In this document: positions 25,968 through 35,619 of the stretch, piece after piece
Numbering within the stretch: the first letter of the stretch is position 1
Layout: every line of letters starts with the position of its first letter
Origin: an uncultured virus (IMG/VR IMGVR_UViG_3300006754_000007)
Lineage: Duplodnaviria > Heunggongvirae > Uroviricota > Caudoviricetes
IMG/VR virus record: IMGVR_UViG_3300006754_000007
Strand: one strand, 5' to 3'
DNA: 58,046 bases
Program-made: the position numbers and the translations under genes
The notes under the pieces: generated by a model
What the model saw: only the letters and a program-made list of their open reading frames with translations
The model's database searches: none
What the model was told of the DNA's origin: nothing

Positions 25968-26392
25968 TTGCCCCGGCACTCCGGGCCAAGCCCGCTGTCG
26001 ATGCTCGCGGGCACCGTCAGCTTCCGGCCACAGCGACCGCAGCGACCTTCGTGGAGGACCCGCACGGAGCGGAGGTCATCGCGGCCAGCGGCTGCGAAGG
26101 TCCAGTTGAGGATGCTCTGGGCGCGAACACCCTTGTCGCCAGCCTTGCTCTTGGCGCTGATGACAACCTGCTCGCCCCGAAGGGTGCCCAGGAAGCTGAA
26201 GTGGGTCTCGTTGTCGGAACCCGTCATCACGTCCACCAGGACGGAGCGGAAGCCCTTCGGGCGACGGAAGCGAACGGTGACGCGACCTTCAGTGGCGTCG
26301 TTCACGACGGTCATCGTGCAGCCATTGCGGCGTCCCTCGCGGGGGCTGGTGGCGAAGCGGATGACGTTGGAGGCGGCGAGTTCGTTGGCCAT
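25964..26392 (-). CDS. DUF6011-like zinc-finger protein
   Basis: CGRCGRKLTVPASIDSGLGPEC; AAGGAGA RBS. Confidence 0.8.
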   Translation of the reverse strand: MANELAASNVIRFATSPREGRRNGCTMTVVNDATEGRVTVRFRRPKGFRSVLVDVMTGSDNETHFSFLGTLRGEQVVISAKSKAGDKGVRAQSILNWTFAAAGRDDLRSVRVLHEGRCGRCGRKLTVPASIDSGLGPECRGK

Positions 26393-26442
26393 GCTGAATC
26401 TCCTTGGCTGCAAGCAGCGCGGGGTTGTTCTCTCTTGGTCTC

Positions 26443-26472
26443 TCTACGGCTGACCCCCTGGTTCGGAACCCC
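26443..26472 (-). promoter_or_regulatory. Putative early promoter GGGGTT-N18-CGTAGA
   Basis: Exact motif match. Confidence 0.65.
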
Positions 26473-26476
26473 CTCG

Positions 26477-26505
26477 GGGGTACTTTCCTTCTTCTCAATG
26501 GGTAC
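26477..26505 (+). promoter_or_regulatory. Putative middle promoter GGGGT-N18-GGGTAC
   Basis: Recurrent motif, back to back with the early motif. Confidence 0.6.
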
Positions 26506-26513
26506 AACGACGT

Positions 26514-27011
26514 ATGAGTTTTGTGTTTGCTGTCGCAGAGGGGGTTTTCCGCGTCATGGAGAAAGGCTGTTTGCCCACAGCTTTCCCGGACGGGGGAGAT
26601 CCCACAGACCTTGAAGAGCTTCTTTCCAGCCTGGAGGGGCGTGAGGTGAAGGCTGTGCTTCACCATTTGCCTCCCAAGCCCCCCAACTCAACGATGGCAG
26701 GCGGTGGTGCGTGTCTCTGGCCTCCCGGTGCGTGCCCGTGCGGGCATAACAAGGACAAGGGCTGGCTTTACAATGGCGTTTTCACAGGGTTGGTTCGTAA
26801 AGAGGGAGGCGAGTGGTTGGTGGGGGATGCGAGATTGCCCTTCGAGATGTTGCCCGGACACCGTGGCCGCTTCTCGGCTGTGACTACTGGGGTAGAGGTG
26901 GAAAGGTCTCCCGAGAGCACAGAAGCCAAGGAGCTTGCGGACCTACTGGGCGAAGCGGAGGGTTTGAGTGCCACATTGGCCTCCCTCCAAGCCTTCATGA
27001 AGGAGGATTGA
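26514..27011 (+). CDS. Hypothetical protein
   Basis: 165 aa, TGATG-coupled to recD2. Confidence 0.7.
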   Translation: MSFVFAVAEGVFRVMEKGCLPTAFPDGGDPTDLEELLSSLEGREVKAVLHHLPPKPPNSTMAGGGACLWPPGACPCGHNKDKGWLYNGVFTGLVRKEGGEWLVGDARLPFEMLPGHRGRFSAVTTGVEVERSPESTEAKELADLLGEAEGLSATLASLQAFMKED

Positions 27012-29353
27012 TGGCGAAAGCTGTCCCTTGTAGCGGGCGTGTCACTTCCATCATCTATGAGAACGCGGGCTTCTTTGTGTTGCGCGTGTTGTTGGATGAC
27101 TCTTCCCACAACGGTAAGCCTGTGGCTGTTCGGGGGAGCTTTGGCTCCCTGTCCCTTGGATCTTGGATCTCTTTCGACGGCAAGTGGGAAAAGCACCCCA
27201 CTTACGGCGACCAGATTCATGCCCTCCGCTCTCCTGCGTCTGCACCCGGTTGGACCCTTACCTCTTGTCTCTCTGCCCTGGCAGCACAAGGCATTGGGGC
27301 GGGAACGTGCTCCCTCTTGGAGAGGTCTTACGGGAAAGACTTGCCGTCCGTGCTGGACCAGGGGGAGGAGGCTCTTCGAGAGTCTGGGTTGGATGACTTC
27401 ACCCGCACCTTCATCATTTCGCGTTGGCGAAGTCTCCGCGTCTACCTGGACACCATGCGGTTTATGGCAGAGGTAGGGATCTCTTCTCGCTCGGTGGGGC
27501 TGGTCTGGAAGACTTTCGGGGCTGGTGTAGAGGAGCTTCTGCTTACAGACCCTTGGTCGTTGGTGCGGGTCCGTGGAATCACCTTTCCCCAAGCTGATGA
27601 GGTGGCAAGAAGTCTCGGTGTGGACATGAGTTCCAACCGTCGGCTTTGTGGGGCGTTGGTAAGTGCCATCCAAGACTGTTCACAAGGAGGCCACCTCTTT
27701 GCCACTTCATTTGAGGTGGTGCAGCGGGTTGGGGCCTTGGTTCCAGATGCCAAGGGCAACGCACGGGTGATCCTGGAAGCTATTGCCTTGTTGCGAGAAG
27801 AGGGAAGCATCATCGTGGAGCCACGGCATGAAGGGGGCTTTGCCATTTATGACCCGGCCCTACACGCGATGGAGAGCGAGTCAGCGGTCCTGTTGGCTGG
27901 ACGTAAGCTGGCTGAGGCTCCAGTGTTGGAGAAGACCCTGGATGGCCTCGCTCAGTTCGGGCCAGCAGCCCAGAAGGAGCGCGAGCGTGTAAAGAAGGTT
28001 TCCGAAAAGGCCCTACGTCGAGTAGCCGCAGGAGCGTTGAGGGATTGGTCGGCGGGAAGCAAGATTGTCCTCACGGAGCATCAGACTGAAGCAGCCCTGT
28101 GTGCTCTTACAGCCCCAATCTCGGTGTTGACGGGCCTTCCTGGGACGGGCAAAACCACTACGTTGAGGGCCGTTGTGGATGTGCTTCGGGACACCCACAT
28201 ACCGTTCCTGCTTTGTGCCCCCACGGGGATTGCAGCCAAGAGGCTCGCCTTGGTAGCCGGGGCAACAGCGTCCACAATCCATCGAGCTTTTGGGGCCAAG
28301 GATGTTCCGGTAACAGAGAGCCGAGAAGCTACCTACTTGGGGATTGTCGGAGAGTCCGGTGGACGCGACCTCGACAAAGACGCCTCAAAGCAGAAATGGG
28401 GCTACGGGCCAGGGAACACCCACCCCGCCAAGGTTGTCATTTGTGACGAGTCTTCCATGCTGGACCAACACTTGCTTTACCGCATCCTTTCTGGGACAGA
28501 TGCTGATTGCAGGCTGGTGTTCGTCGGGGATTCTGCCCAGTTACCTTCGGTTGGTGCTGGGGATGTTCTCCGTGAGATTGTGTCCTCTGCCCAGTTTCCA
28601 GTGTCCCACCTGGACACCATCTTCCGTCAGGAGGACACCAGCGGAATCATCTTGGCTGCCCATGCGGTCCACCGAGGCGACGTTCCTACGAGTGATGGAA
28701 AAGATTTCGTTCTGGTGTCCAAGATCACGGATGAAGAGGCTGCCGACTATGTTGTGGAACTGGCATCCAGTCTGTACAGGCGTAGGGAGAACTTCCAGGT
28801 GCTGTCCCCCCGACATGCGGGGTCGGTGGGAGTCACGGCCCTGAATGACCGTATCCGTTCTGCTTTGAACCCTGGCGTAGCTGGGTTGGCTGAGGTTCGG
28901 CTCGGAGGGGAGGTGATTCGGGAGGACGACCGGGTCATGGTGATTCGGAACGACTACGAGTTGGACGTTTACAACGGTGATGTGGGGAAGGTGGCCCGGA
29001 TTGACCGCAAGGCAAGGGAGATCGAGGTCAAGATCCACGGAGTTCCGGGAACGCCTCCGCGTCATGTTCGCTTTGCCTTCAAGGATGCAGTTTCTCGGCT
29101 ACGTCTTGCGTATGCCCAGACTGTCCACAAGTCACAGGGCCAGGAGTACGACGTGATTGTGATGCCTGTGGTGCCCTCTTTTGGCCGTCAGCTTCAGCGC
29201 AACCTCTTCTACACAGCCATTACTCGCGCAAGGGGGAAGGTGGTTTTGGTGGGCAAGGCTGCGGCCATCGCCTCAGCCGTTCACAATGACCGGGCTGACC
29301 AGCGGAACACTATGCTTGCGGCCCGTATTCGGGAGGCTGTCGCTTCCCAATAG
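27011..29353 (+). CDS. recD2: RecD2-like SF1 helicase
   Basis: N-terminal OB/HhH region (HPTYGDQ, GITFPQAD), GLPGTGKTT, CDESSM, VGDSAQLPSVG, YNGDVG, TVHKSQGQE, YTAITRAR. Confidence 0.92.
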   Translation: MAKAVPCSGRVTSIIYENAGFFVLRVLLDDSSHNGKPVAVRGSFGSLSLGSWISFDGKWEKHPTYGDQIHALRSPASAPGWTLTSCLSALAAQGIGAGTCSLLERSYGKDLPSVLDQGEEALRESGLDDFTRTFIISRWRSLRVYLDTMRFMAEVGISSRSVGLVWKTFGAGVEELLLTDPWSLVRVRGITFPQADEVARSLGVDMSSNRRLCGALVSAIQDCSQGGHLFATSFEVVQRVGALVPDAKGNARVILEAIALLREEGSIIVEPRHEGGFAIYDPALHAMESESAVLLAGRKLAEAPVLEKTLDGLAQFGPAAQKERERVKKVSEKALRRVAAGALRDWSAGSKIVLTEHQTEAALCALTAPISVLTGLPGTGKTTTLRAVVDVLRDTHIPFLLCAPTGIAAKRLALVAGATASTIHRAFGAKDVPVTESREATYLGIVGESGGRDLDKDASKQKWGYGPGNTHPAKVVICDESSMLDQHLLYRILSGTDADCRLVFVGDSAQLPSVGAGDVLREIVSSAQFPVSHLDTIFRQEDTSGIILAAHAVHRGDVPTSDGKDFVLVSKITDEEAADYVVELASSLYRRRENFQVLSPRHAGSVGVTALNDRIRSALNPGVAGLAEVRLGGEVIREDDRVMVIRNDYELDVYNGDVGKVARIDRKAREIEVKIHGVPGTPPRHVRFAFKDAVSRLRLAYAQTVHKSQGQEYDVIVMPVVPSFGRQLQRNLFYTAITRARGKVVLVGKAAAIASAVHNDRADQRNTMLAARIREAVASQ

Positions 29354-29355
29354 GG

Positions 29356-29382
29356 GGGGTTCTTTCGTTCGAGGGGGGGTAG
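29356..29382 (+). promoter_or_regulatory. Putative middle promoter GGGGT-N16-GGGTAG
   Basis: Recurrent motif. Confidence 0.5.
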
Positions 29383-29416
29383 TAGTTCTTACCGCCTTGT
29401 TTCAGGGCTGGACAAC

Positions 29417-29863
29417 ATGGAGAAAGCGATGAGTTCCAAAATCACGGAAGAGGAAGCCCGTAAGAACCTCCAGGAAACCGTGCGGCAAGTGAAGTCCAAG
29501 ATGCGAATCACAAAGGTGGTTGCTACCCGTGCTGTGAAGACGAAGCGGGGTGACTTCTTTGCTGGTATGTCGGCTGCTTGGGATTCGGTTCAGGACGATG
29601 CAGGAGGTTGCGCTGACGTTGACATTTCGGTGGACACTGAGGATAGCGCAGCCAGCGGCATGACCTTGGAGGAGTCCCGTGTCTCTCACATCCTCCTTTC
29701 GATGGAGGCTTCCATCGCTGCTTGGCGTGCCGCTTTGACGGATGGCGCGATCAGCAAGGCTGCCTTTGACGATAAGGTTCGCACCATCAAGCACAACACA
29801 GTCCAGCACCTCTCGGAGCTTGTGGAAAAGGTTACGTCTGACTCCGAAGAAGAAGCTGCATAG
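29417..29863 (+). CDS. Hypothetical protein
   Basis: 148-aa ORF in the replication block. Confidence 0.75.
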   Translation: MEKAMSSKITEEEARKNLQETVRQVKSKMRITKVVATRAVKTKRGDFFAGMSAAWDSVQDDAGGCADVDISVDTEDSAASGMTLEESRVSHILLSMEASIAAWRAALTDGAISKAAFDDKVRTIKHNTVQHLSELVEKVTSDSEEEAA

Positions 29864-29871
29864 AGGTTCTT

Positions 29872-30705
29872 ATGTCCTTGCCTTCCATTACCCCTGAAGT
29901 AGTTGAGAGCGTCTTCGCCAGATTGGGGGCGATGGAGGTTATTCTCGATGCGGACCCGTTGGAGTTTGGGCCTCGTCGCTTGAACTTGAAGATCGCGGAG
30001 GCTCGTGGACACCTTTCACGGACAGAGCGCATCTACCTTCAGGTGTCCCAATGGCTCCAGCAGTACCGTAAGGCTAACCGTGGCCTTCAGGCTGACTTCG
30101 ACCTTCAGATGCAGGACTTGTTGGCTAACGACCCGGAGGTTCGTGCAGGCAGGAACGTCAAGGATCGAGACGCTGTTGCCACCATGAAGCTCCGTACCGA
30201 GAAAGAGGAACTTGCGGCCCAGGAGATTGCCCTCCAAGACTTGGAGGCGGTGATGACCGTCATCAAAGCGAAGCGGTCAGACCTCAAAGACACCCAGGCT
30301 CGTCTCCGGGACCAGATTCGGTTGTGTGGAGAAGAGATTGGCTTGGGGGGACGGTGGGGGTCCAAGGCTGCTCCCGAAGTTGACGCTCCTGACCTGGACG
30401 CCGCTCCTCATGTGGATGCTACGACCATGCGGGATTTGCAGGATATGTTCTCGGGTGTTGGAGACATGGAAGCTCCTGCTCCTGAAGAGGTAGAGCACAT
30501 CGCCACGACTATGAGTCCTGAGGTTGGTGTTCCTGAGTCGTCTGTGGTTGGGAAGGAAGAGAAAGCTCCCTCTTTGGATGAGGGGATGCCTACGAACGGT
30601 TCCGATGGAGACGTGGATGCGTTCCTCGCTGCATTGGATTCTACGCCTACTCGTTCTCCCCAGGATCTGGATATAGAGGAACTTCTCGGGGATCTTTCTC
30701 CGTAG
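29872..30705 (+). CDS. Coiled-coil protein with an acidic tail (possible recombination mediator)
   Basis: Helical N-terminal half, acidic disordered C-terminal half ending DIEELLGDL; next to SSB, RuvC and RecA. Confidence 0.6.
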   Translation: MSLPSITPEVVESVFARLGAMEVILDADPLEFGPRRLNLKIAEARGHLSRTERIYLQVSQWLQQYRKANRGLQADFDLQMQDLLANDPEVRAGRNVKDRDAVATMKLRTEKEELAAQEIALQDLEAVMTVIKAKRSDLKDTQARLRDQIRLCGEEIGLGGRWGSKAAPEVDAPDLDAAPHVDATTMRDLQDMFSGVGDMEAPAPEEVEHIATTMSPEVGVPESSVVGKEEKAPSLDEGMPTNGSDGDVDAFLAALDSTPTRSPQDLDIEELLGDLSP

Positions 30706-30706
30706 G

Positions 30707-30734
30707 GGGGTCTACCCTCGTTTCAGGTGGGTAA
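30707..30734 (+). promoter_or_regulatory. Putative middle promoter GGGGT-N17-GGGTAA
   Basis: Recurrent motif. Confidence 0.55.
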
Positions 30735-30805
30735 AGGGATGTAGGCGCAACCTTTACAACCTTGCTCGTAAGAAGCATTTCAACTCGCGCCTTAGGAGAA
30801 ATAGT

Positions 30806-31537
30806 ATGTCTGGTTTCATGGATTTCAGTATCGGCAGCGGCGACGACCGCATCGGTAAAAAGGCAACTCGGTTCAAGCCGGAAGCTGGCCGCACTTACCG
30901 TGTGAGCCTCGCTTGGTTCAAGGACATGGATGAGGAAGGCACTCCCTCTACCGACCCTGACAACCTTCGGTTCACGGGCTGCGAGCGCATGTACAAGCCC
31001 GGTGTGGGCTACTTCCTTTACAAGGGTCCGGCCTACGCTGAGTTCGGTCAGCCCAAGCAGAGCGTGGCTACTGTCATGGTGATCTGGCCCACCGACAAGA
31101 ACGGTGACCTGGATGCCGCTTCCTTCAAGAACGGGACGGGATGGCAGGTGATGCCCTGGATCTTCTCCCCGGACAAGTACAAGGACATTGGCCGTATCCA
31201 CACCAAGTTCTCCTTGCTGGAGCATGACTTGAGCATGACCTGCACGGATGCCACTTACCACAAGATGACGTTCACCCCGGAGAACAACAACCTGCTCTTC
31301 AAGCTGTTGGAGGCCAAGGACGAGACGCTGCGTGAAGTGGCGACTAAGATCCTGGCTGACGCCAAGGGCGTGGCTGCGAACATCCACCGTGAACTGGCTC
31401 GTGACCTGACCGTGGACGAGATCCGCGAGAAGCTCGGTGAGGTGGTGGAAGGTCCGGTCAACGGTGGCGGCACTGGCACCACCGCGAACACCGCCAAGGA
31501 CGTGGACAACCTCTTGGAGGGACTCCTGGACGGGTAG
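30806..31537 (+). CDS. Probable single-stranded DNA-binding protein
   Basis: Aromatic beta-rich core, acidic tail DVDNLLEGLLDG, strong AGGAGA RBS, genomic context. Confidence 0.6.
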   Translation: MSGFMDFSIGSGDDRIGKKATRFKPEAGRTYRVSLAWFKDMDEEGTPSTDPDNLRFTGCERMYKPGVGYFLYKGPAYAEFGQPKQSVATVMVIWPTDKNGDLDAASFKNGTGWQVMPWIFSPDKYKDIGRIHTKFSLLEHDLSMTCTDATYHKMTFTPENNNLLFKLLEAKDETLREVATKILADAKGVAANIHRELARDLTVDEIREKLGEVVEGPVNGGGTGTTANTAKDVDNLLEGLLDG

Positions 31538-32179
31538 ATGCTCGTCCTTGGCTTGGACCCATCCCTGACGAACTACGGATGGGCCTTGCACGATACAATG
31601 GCCCCTGTCGGAGACGCTTCACGGTGTCCTGGCAGGGGCCGTTTCCGTACCCCCTCCAAGATGGAGTTCATTGAGCGGTATCTCTATATGAGGGCTTCCC
31701 TGTGTGCCCTGATACAGGAGCATCAGCCGGATAGGGTTGGCATCGAGTTCCCCATCTTCAATGACCTGTGGAGTGAGGGGATGTATGGCCTCTTTCTGTA
31801 CTCGTGCGAAGCCTTGAAGTCCCAAGCCTGTGATGTTGTGTTCTGGTCACCCATGCAAGTGAAGGCCCACGCTCGTGATTCCATTGACCGTCCTCCCAAG
31901 TGGAAGATGGATAAAGCGGACATGGTGGAGGCCGCACGGACGGATACTGGTGGAGGCCGTTGGAACCACAACGAAGCTGATGCCTACCTTGTTGGGAAAC
32001 TGGCCTCCCGTTTCTGGCTTTTCCACGAAAAAAGCATCGCTGAGGGGGGTCTGACACCCCTGGAGAACCGGTACTTTACAGAGGTCAAGAAGTACATCCG
32101 AGGGAAGAAAGCTGGTCGTGAGGTGCGGCGGGGGATCATCCACCGGGAGAATGATCGTTTTTTCATCTGGTCCCGCTGA
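31538..32179 (+). CDS. ruvC: RuvC-like Holliday junction resolvase
   Basis: LGLDPSLTNYG, VGIE, K.DM, NEADA. Confidence 0.8.
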   Translation: MLVLGLDPSLTNYGWALHDTMAPVGDASRCPGRGRFRTPSKMEFIERYLYMRASLCALIQEHQPDRVGIEFPIFNDLWSEGMYGLFLYSCEALKSQACDVVFWSPMQVKAHARDSIDRPPKWKMDKADMVEAARTDTGGGRWNHNEADAYLVGKLASRFWLFHEKSIAEGGLTPLENRYFTEVKKYIRGKKAGREVRRGIIHRENDRFFIWSR

Positions 32180-32192
32180 CGCAGGAGTGACT

Positions 32193-33392
32193 ATGCCCCG
32201 CCCGAAGAAGAGTTCCACTGACACCAAGACCCTCAAGGTGGCTGGAAATGCCTTGACCAAGGCTCGGGATTTCGTCCAGAAGAAGATGGCGAAACCCTAC
32301 GAGCAAGCACACGTTGCGCTGGACCCTGAGTCACTCCAAGAGTCCGCACCCCACCTGCCCACTGGCTCCACGGTTGTGGACTACCTCATCGGGGGAGAGG
32401 CGAACACTTTTGGGGTCGCTCCGTGCCCTGGATTGCCGCGTGGCCGTGTCACTCAGGTGTGGGGGCATGAGAGTGCCGGAAAGACCACCCTGGCCCTCAC
32501 AGCGGCAGCAGCGGCCTGTGCGGAGGGAGGCACCGTCCTCTACATCGACTGGGAGAACGACATCGTTCCTGATTATGCAGCAGCTTTGGGGGTGCCCATC
32601 ACGGACCCTGAGAGGTTCGAGCTTCTCCAGCCTGATTCTCTGGAAGATGGAATCAAGTTTGCTTTGATCTACGCCGCTGCCGGGGTGGACCTTATCGTGT
32701 TCGATTCTGTGGGGGCTGCGGTGCCGCGTCGGATTGCGGAGCGGGACATGACCGAGGCCGCAGAGCAATCCAAGATCGGAGAGCTTCAATCTATCTGGTC
32801 CCAGGAACTCCCCAACCTCAAGAGCATCGTCGCCAAGAGCGGGACGGCTGTTCTCGGCATTAGCCAAATCCGTGCGGACATCGGCGTGGCTTATGGCCCC
32901 AAGACGAAGCCGCAGGGAGGCAACGCCTGGAAGTTCTACTCTTCTGTGCGGATTGAACTCCGACGGGTCAAGAACGAGAAGTCTCGTCGCCATGACGCCC
33001 TGACCCACAGGGCCGATGAGCGAGTCATCGGGGGCATCATCAAGGCGGTGGCGAAGAAGTGCAAGATGTCTTCCAGTCAGGGTCGAGAGGTCGTCTTCTA
33101 CATCCGGTGGGGGGAGGGCATCGACAACTACCGCTCCATTCTGGAAATCGCTATGGCCCACGGCATCGTCAAGAAGGGCGGTGCTTGGGTTAGCTGGGAC
33201 CGGGCAGGAGAAGCTGTGAAGAAGCAAGGCGTTGAAAAGATGCGGGATTACTTGATCGCCAACCCCGATGCCTACAACGACCTGTGCTCAGTTGTGTACC
33301 CGTTGCTGGGGGCTACGGAGGTGCCTGACGCCTTCGAGGACGAGGCTGCACCTGGGGAGTTGGAGGAGGCCCTGGCCGGGGTCCTTTCTTGA
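32193..33392 (+). CDS. recA: RecA recombinase
   Basis: GLPRGR, GHESAGKTT, VFDSV, ISQIR, GGNAWKFYSSVRIE. Confidence 0.95.
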   Translation: MPRPKKSSTDTKTLKVAGNALTKARDFVQKKMAKPYEQAHVALDPESLQESAPHLPTGSTVVDYLIGGEANTFGVAPCPGLPRGRVTQVWGHESAGKTTLALTAAAAACAEGGTVLYIDWENDIVPDYAAALGVPITDPERFELLQPDSLEDGIKFALIYAAAGVDLIVFDSVGAAVPRRIAERDMTEAAEQSKIGELQSIWSQELPNLKSIVAKSGTAVLGISQIRADIGVAYGPKTKPQGGNAWKFYSSVRIELRRVKNEKSRRHDALTHRADERVIGGIIKAVAKKCKMSSSQGREVVFYIRWGEGIDNYRSILEIAMAHGIVKKGGAWVSWDRAGEAVKKQGVEKMRDYLIANPDAYNDLCSVVYPLLGATEVPDAFEDEAAPGELEEALAGVLS

Positions 33393-33393
33393 G

Positions 33394-33423
33394 GGGGTTC
33401 GCGGGGAGCACGGCCAGCGTAGA
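33394..33423 (+). promoter_or_regulatory. Putative early promoter GGGGTT-N18-CGTAGA
   Basis: Exact motif match. Confidence 0.65.
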
Positions 33424-33441
33424 AACCTGTAGGAGGCTGCG

Positions 33442-34533
33442 ATGAGCGTCCACGTCAGGATTCAGAACTTCCAATCTATCGAGGATGCGTCCATCGAAGT
33501 TGATGGCTTCACGGTGGTGACTGGTCCCAACAACAGCGGCAAGAGCGCGTTGATGCGAGCTATCCGGGGTGTCTTCACTAACGCTCCTGCGGGGGCCTTG
33601 GTGAGGCATGGGACCTCTCACCTGACAGTAGACCTCGCCTTCGAGGATGGCGTTGTCCGCTGGGAGAAGGGCAAGAAGCTCAACCGCTACACCGTGAATG
33701 GCAAGGTGTTGGACAATGTAGGGCGGGGAGTTCCTTCTGAAGTTGCGGAGATGGGGCTGCAAGAGATCAAGGCTGCATCTGACCGCCTGTGGCCGCAGAT
33801 TGCAGAGCAGTTTGGAGGGGTCCTCTTCCTGGTTGATCGTCCAGGTTCGGTGGTTGCGGAAGCACTCTCGGATGTCGAGCGTGTAGGGAAGCTCTCCGAT
33901 GCTCTCCGTTTGTCGGAGTCTGATCGTCGTTCCACGACATCTGAACTCAAAATCCGTCGCAAAGATGCCCTTGAGTTGGCTGAGGAAGAAGCCGCTTTCG
34001 AGGGCCTTGATGAGGTGGCGGTTGTGATTGGGGCTTTGTCTGAAGCAGAGAAGGAGCTTGTCTTCGTGGAGATGGAGGTCCAAGAGGTCTCCCGTCTGAA
34101 GCAGCGCCTTGAAGCATCGCGTTCGGTTGTTTCATCTTTGGAGGGGTTCGACCCGGAGGCCCTTCCCGAGGCTTCCGCAGCATCGGAAGTCCAACAGCTT
34201 CAAGTGGAGCTTCGAGAAATCCAGGTCCTGGTGGACCAACTTGCTGCTTCAAGGAGTGCGGTGGTTGAAGCTGAGGCAGCCGTTGCCGCTTCAGAGAAAC
34301 ACCCTCTTCCCCAGAGCAGCAAGTTGGAGAAGGTAGCAAGGGGCATGAAGCAGGTTCGTGAGTTCCAAGGACGCCTCGTCAAAGCCATCGAGGAAGTGAA
34401 GACTTTGACGGCTACACACAAGGACATGGAACAGCAGTTGGCAGACGCGGAGGAAGAGGTTCATGCTCTTTTGGGTGACCGGGGGATCTGTCCGACCTGT
34501 GACGCGGTATTTGAGAAGAAGGAGGGCGCATGA
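33442..34533 (+). CDS. SbcC/Rad50-like ATPase, N-terminal half
   Basis: IQNFQS, Walker A GPNNSGKS, coiled coil, ends at a CPTC zinc hook; no Walker B. Confidence 0.85.
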   Translation: MSVHVRIQNFQSIEDASIEVDGFTVVTGPNNSGKSALMRAIRGVFTNAPAGALVRHGTSHLTVDLAFEDGVVRWEKGKKLNRYTVNGKVLDNVGRGVPSEVAEMGLQEIKAASDRLWPQIAEQFGGVLFLVDRPGSVVAEALSDVERVGKLSDALRLSESDRRSTTSELKIRRKDALELAEEEAAFEGLDEVAVVIGALSEAEKELVFVEMEVQEVSRLKQRLEASRSVVSSLEGFDPEALPEASAASEVQQLQVELREIQVLVDQLAASRSAVVEAEAAVAASEKHPLPQSSKLEKVARGMKQVREFQGRLVKAIEEVKTLTATHKDMEQQLADAEEEVHALLGDRGICPTCDAVFEKKEGA

Positions 34534-35492
34534 TCAAGCTCCTTTGGCGCACTGATGTTCACCTGTCTGACCGTGCCCCGGTGTCTCGCACCGATGATTG
34601 GGCTGAGACCGTGTTTGGGAAGCTGGACCAAGTTCGTAGGGTTGCCGAGAAGGTTGGTGCTTCAGCCATTCTCGACGGTGGGGATTTCTTCCACATCAAG
34701 TCACCCGGTCGCAACTCGCACGCCCTGGTTCATCGGACAGCCCAGCACCATGCGGATTACCCGTGCCCTGTCTATTGCACGCCTGGAAACCATGACTGTG
34801 TGTATGGGGACTACTCCTTCCTCCCCCAGCAGCCTTTAGGGGTGCTCTATGCGAGCGGGGTATTCCGGCGTTTGTACGACGAGCATGAGGCGGTTTTTGA
34901 GCAAGGTGGGGTGAAGGTCCGTGTAGTAGGGGTGCCCTACCATGGCACTACCTATGCCATGGACCGTTTCCACTATATTGAGCGCAAGGATGAGGACTAC
35001 CTCGTCTGTGTGGCCCATGTCTTGGCTTCCAAGAAGGGTGGCTCGATGTTTGAGGGGGAGGACATCATCAAGTACGAGGCTCTCCGTGACACGGCCCCGG
35101 ATATGTTCCTCTTTGGGCATTGGCACAAGGACCAGGGCATCGTGGAGCTACAGGATAAGACCTTCGTGAATGTTGGAAGCCTGACCCGAGGGACGCTGTC
35201 TCGGGACGATGTAGGCCGTCGTCCTGCGTGTGTTCTCTTGTCTTTCTCGGAGCAGGAGATGACGGCTAAGGTCGTGAGGCTTCGGGTGAAGCCTTCCGAG
35301 GAGGTCTTCGATATAGAAGGCCGTGCCCGCCAAGTTCAGCGGCAGGTGGAGATGGACTCTTTCGTTACGGCTATTCGTGACTCTCTCAGCACAGAGCAAG
35401 AGGGCGAGGATTTGGTGGACGTAGTGAACAACCTCTCTGACGTTCCGCAAGCGGTTCGGGAAAGATCATTGGCTTACCTGGAGCGGGTATAG
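34530..35492 (+). CDS. sbcD: SbcD/Mre11-like metallophosphoesterase nuclease
   Basis: DVH, GDFFH, GNHD, GHWH, NVGSL. Confidence 0.88.
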   Translation: MIKLLWRTDVHLSDRAPVSRTDDWAETVFGKLDQVRRVAEKVGASAILDGGDFFHIKSPGRNSHALVHRTAQHHADYPCPVYCTPGNHDCVYGDYSFLPQQPLGVLYASGVFRRLYDEHEAVFEQGGVKVRVVGVPYHGTTYAMDRFHYIERKDEDYLVCVAHVLASKKGGSMFEGEDIIKYEALRDTAPDMFLFGHWHKDQGIVELQDKTFVNVGSLTRGTLSRDDVGRRPACVLLSFSEQEMTAKVVRLRVKPSEEVFDIEGRARQVQRQVEMDSFVTAIRDSLSTEQEGEDLVDVVNNLSDVPQAVRERSLAYLERV

Positions 35493-35571
35493 TCCCCACT
35501 GCCCTTTTCCAATGGGTGGGAAGCAGCCTGACCCTGCCTCTGCCCCACAGGCCCCTCGTGAGTGATTGCGG

Positions 35572-35600
35572 GGGGCCTATTGGTAGAGGGTCAAGGGTAG
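35572..35600 (+). promoter_or_regulatory. Putative middle promoter GGGGC-N18-GGGTAG
   Basis: Recurrent motif. Confidence 0.5.
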
Positions 35601-35619
35601 TGTGGGTCATGGAGTCTCA

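Noticed and set aside
13140..33392. Inteins in terL, nrdJ, recD2 or recA
   Set aside because: Lengths are ordinary and no C..HN splice junctions or LAGLIDADG blocks are visible.
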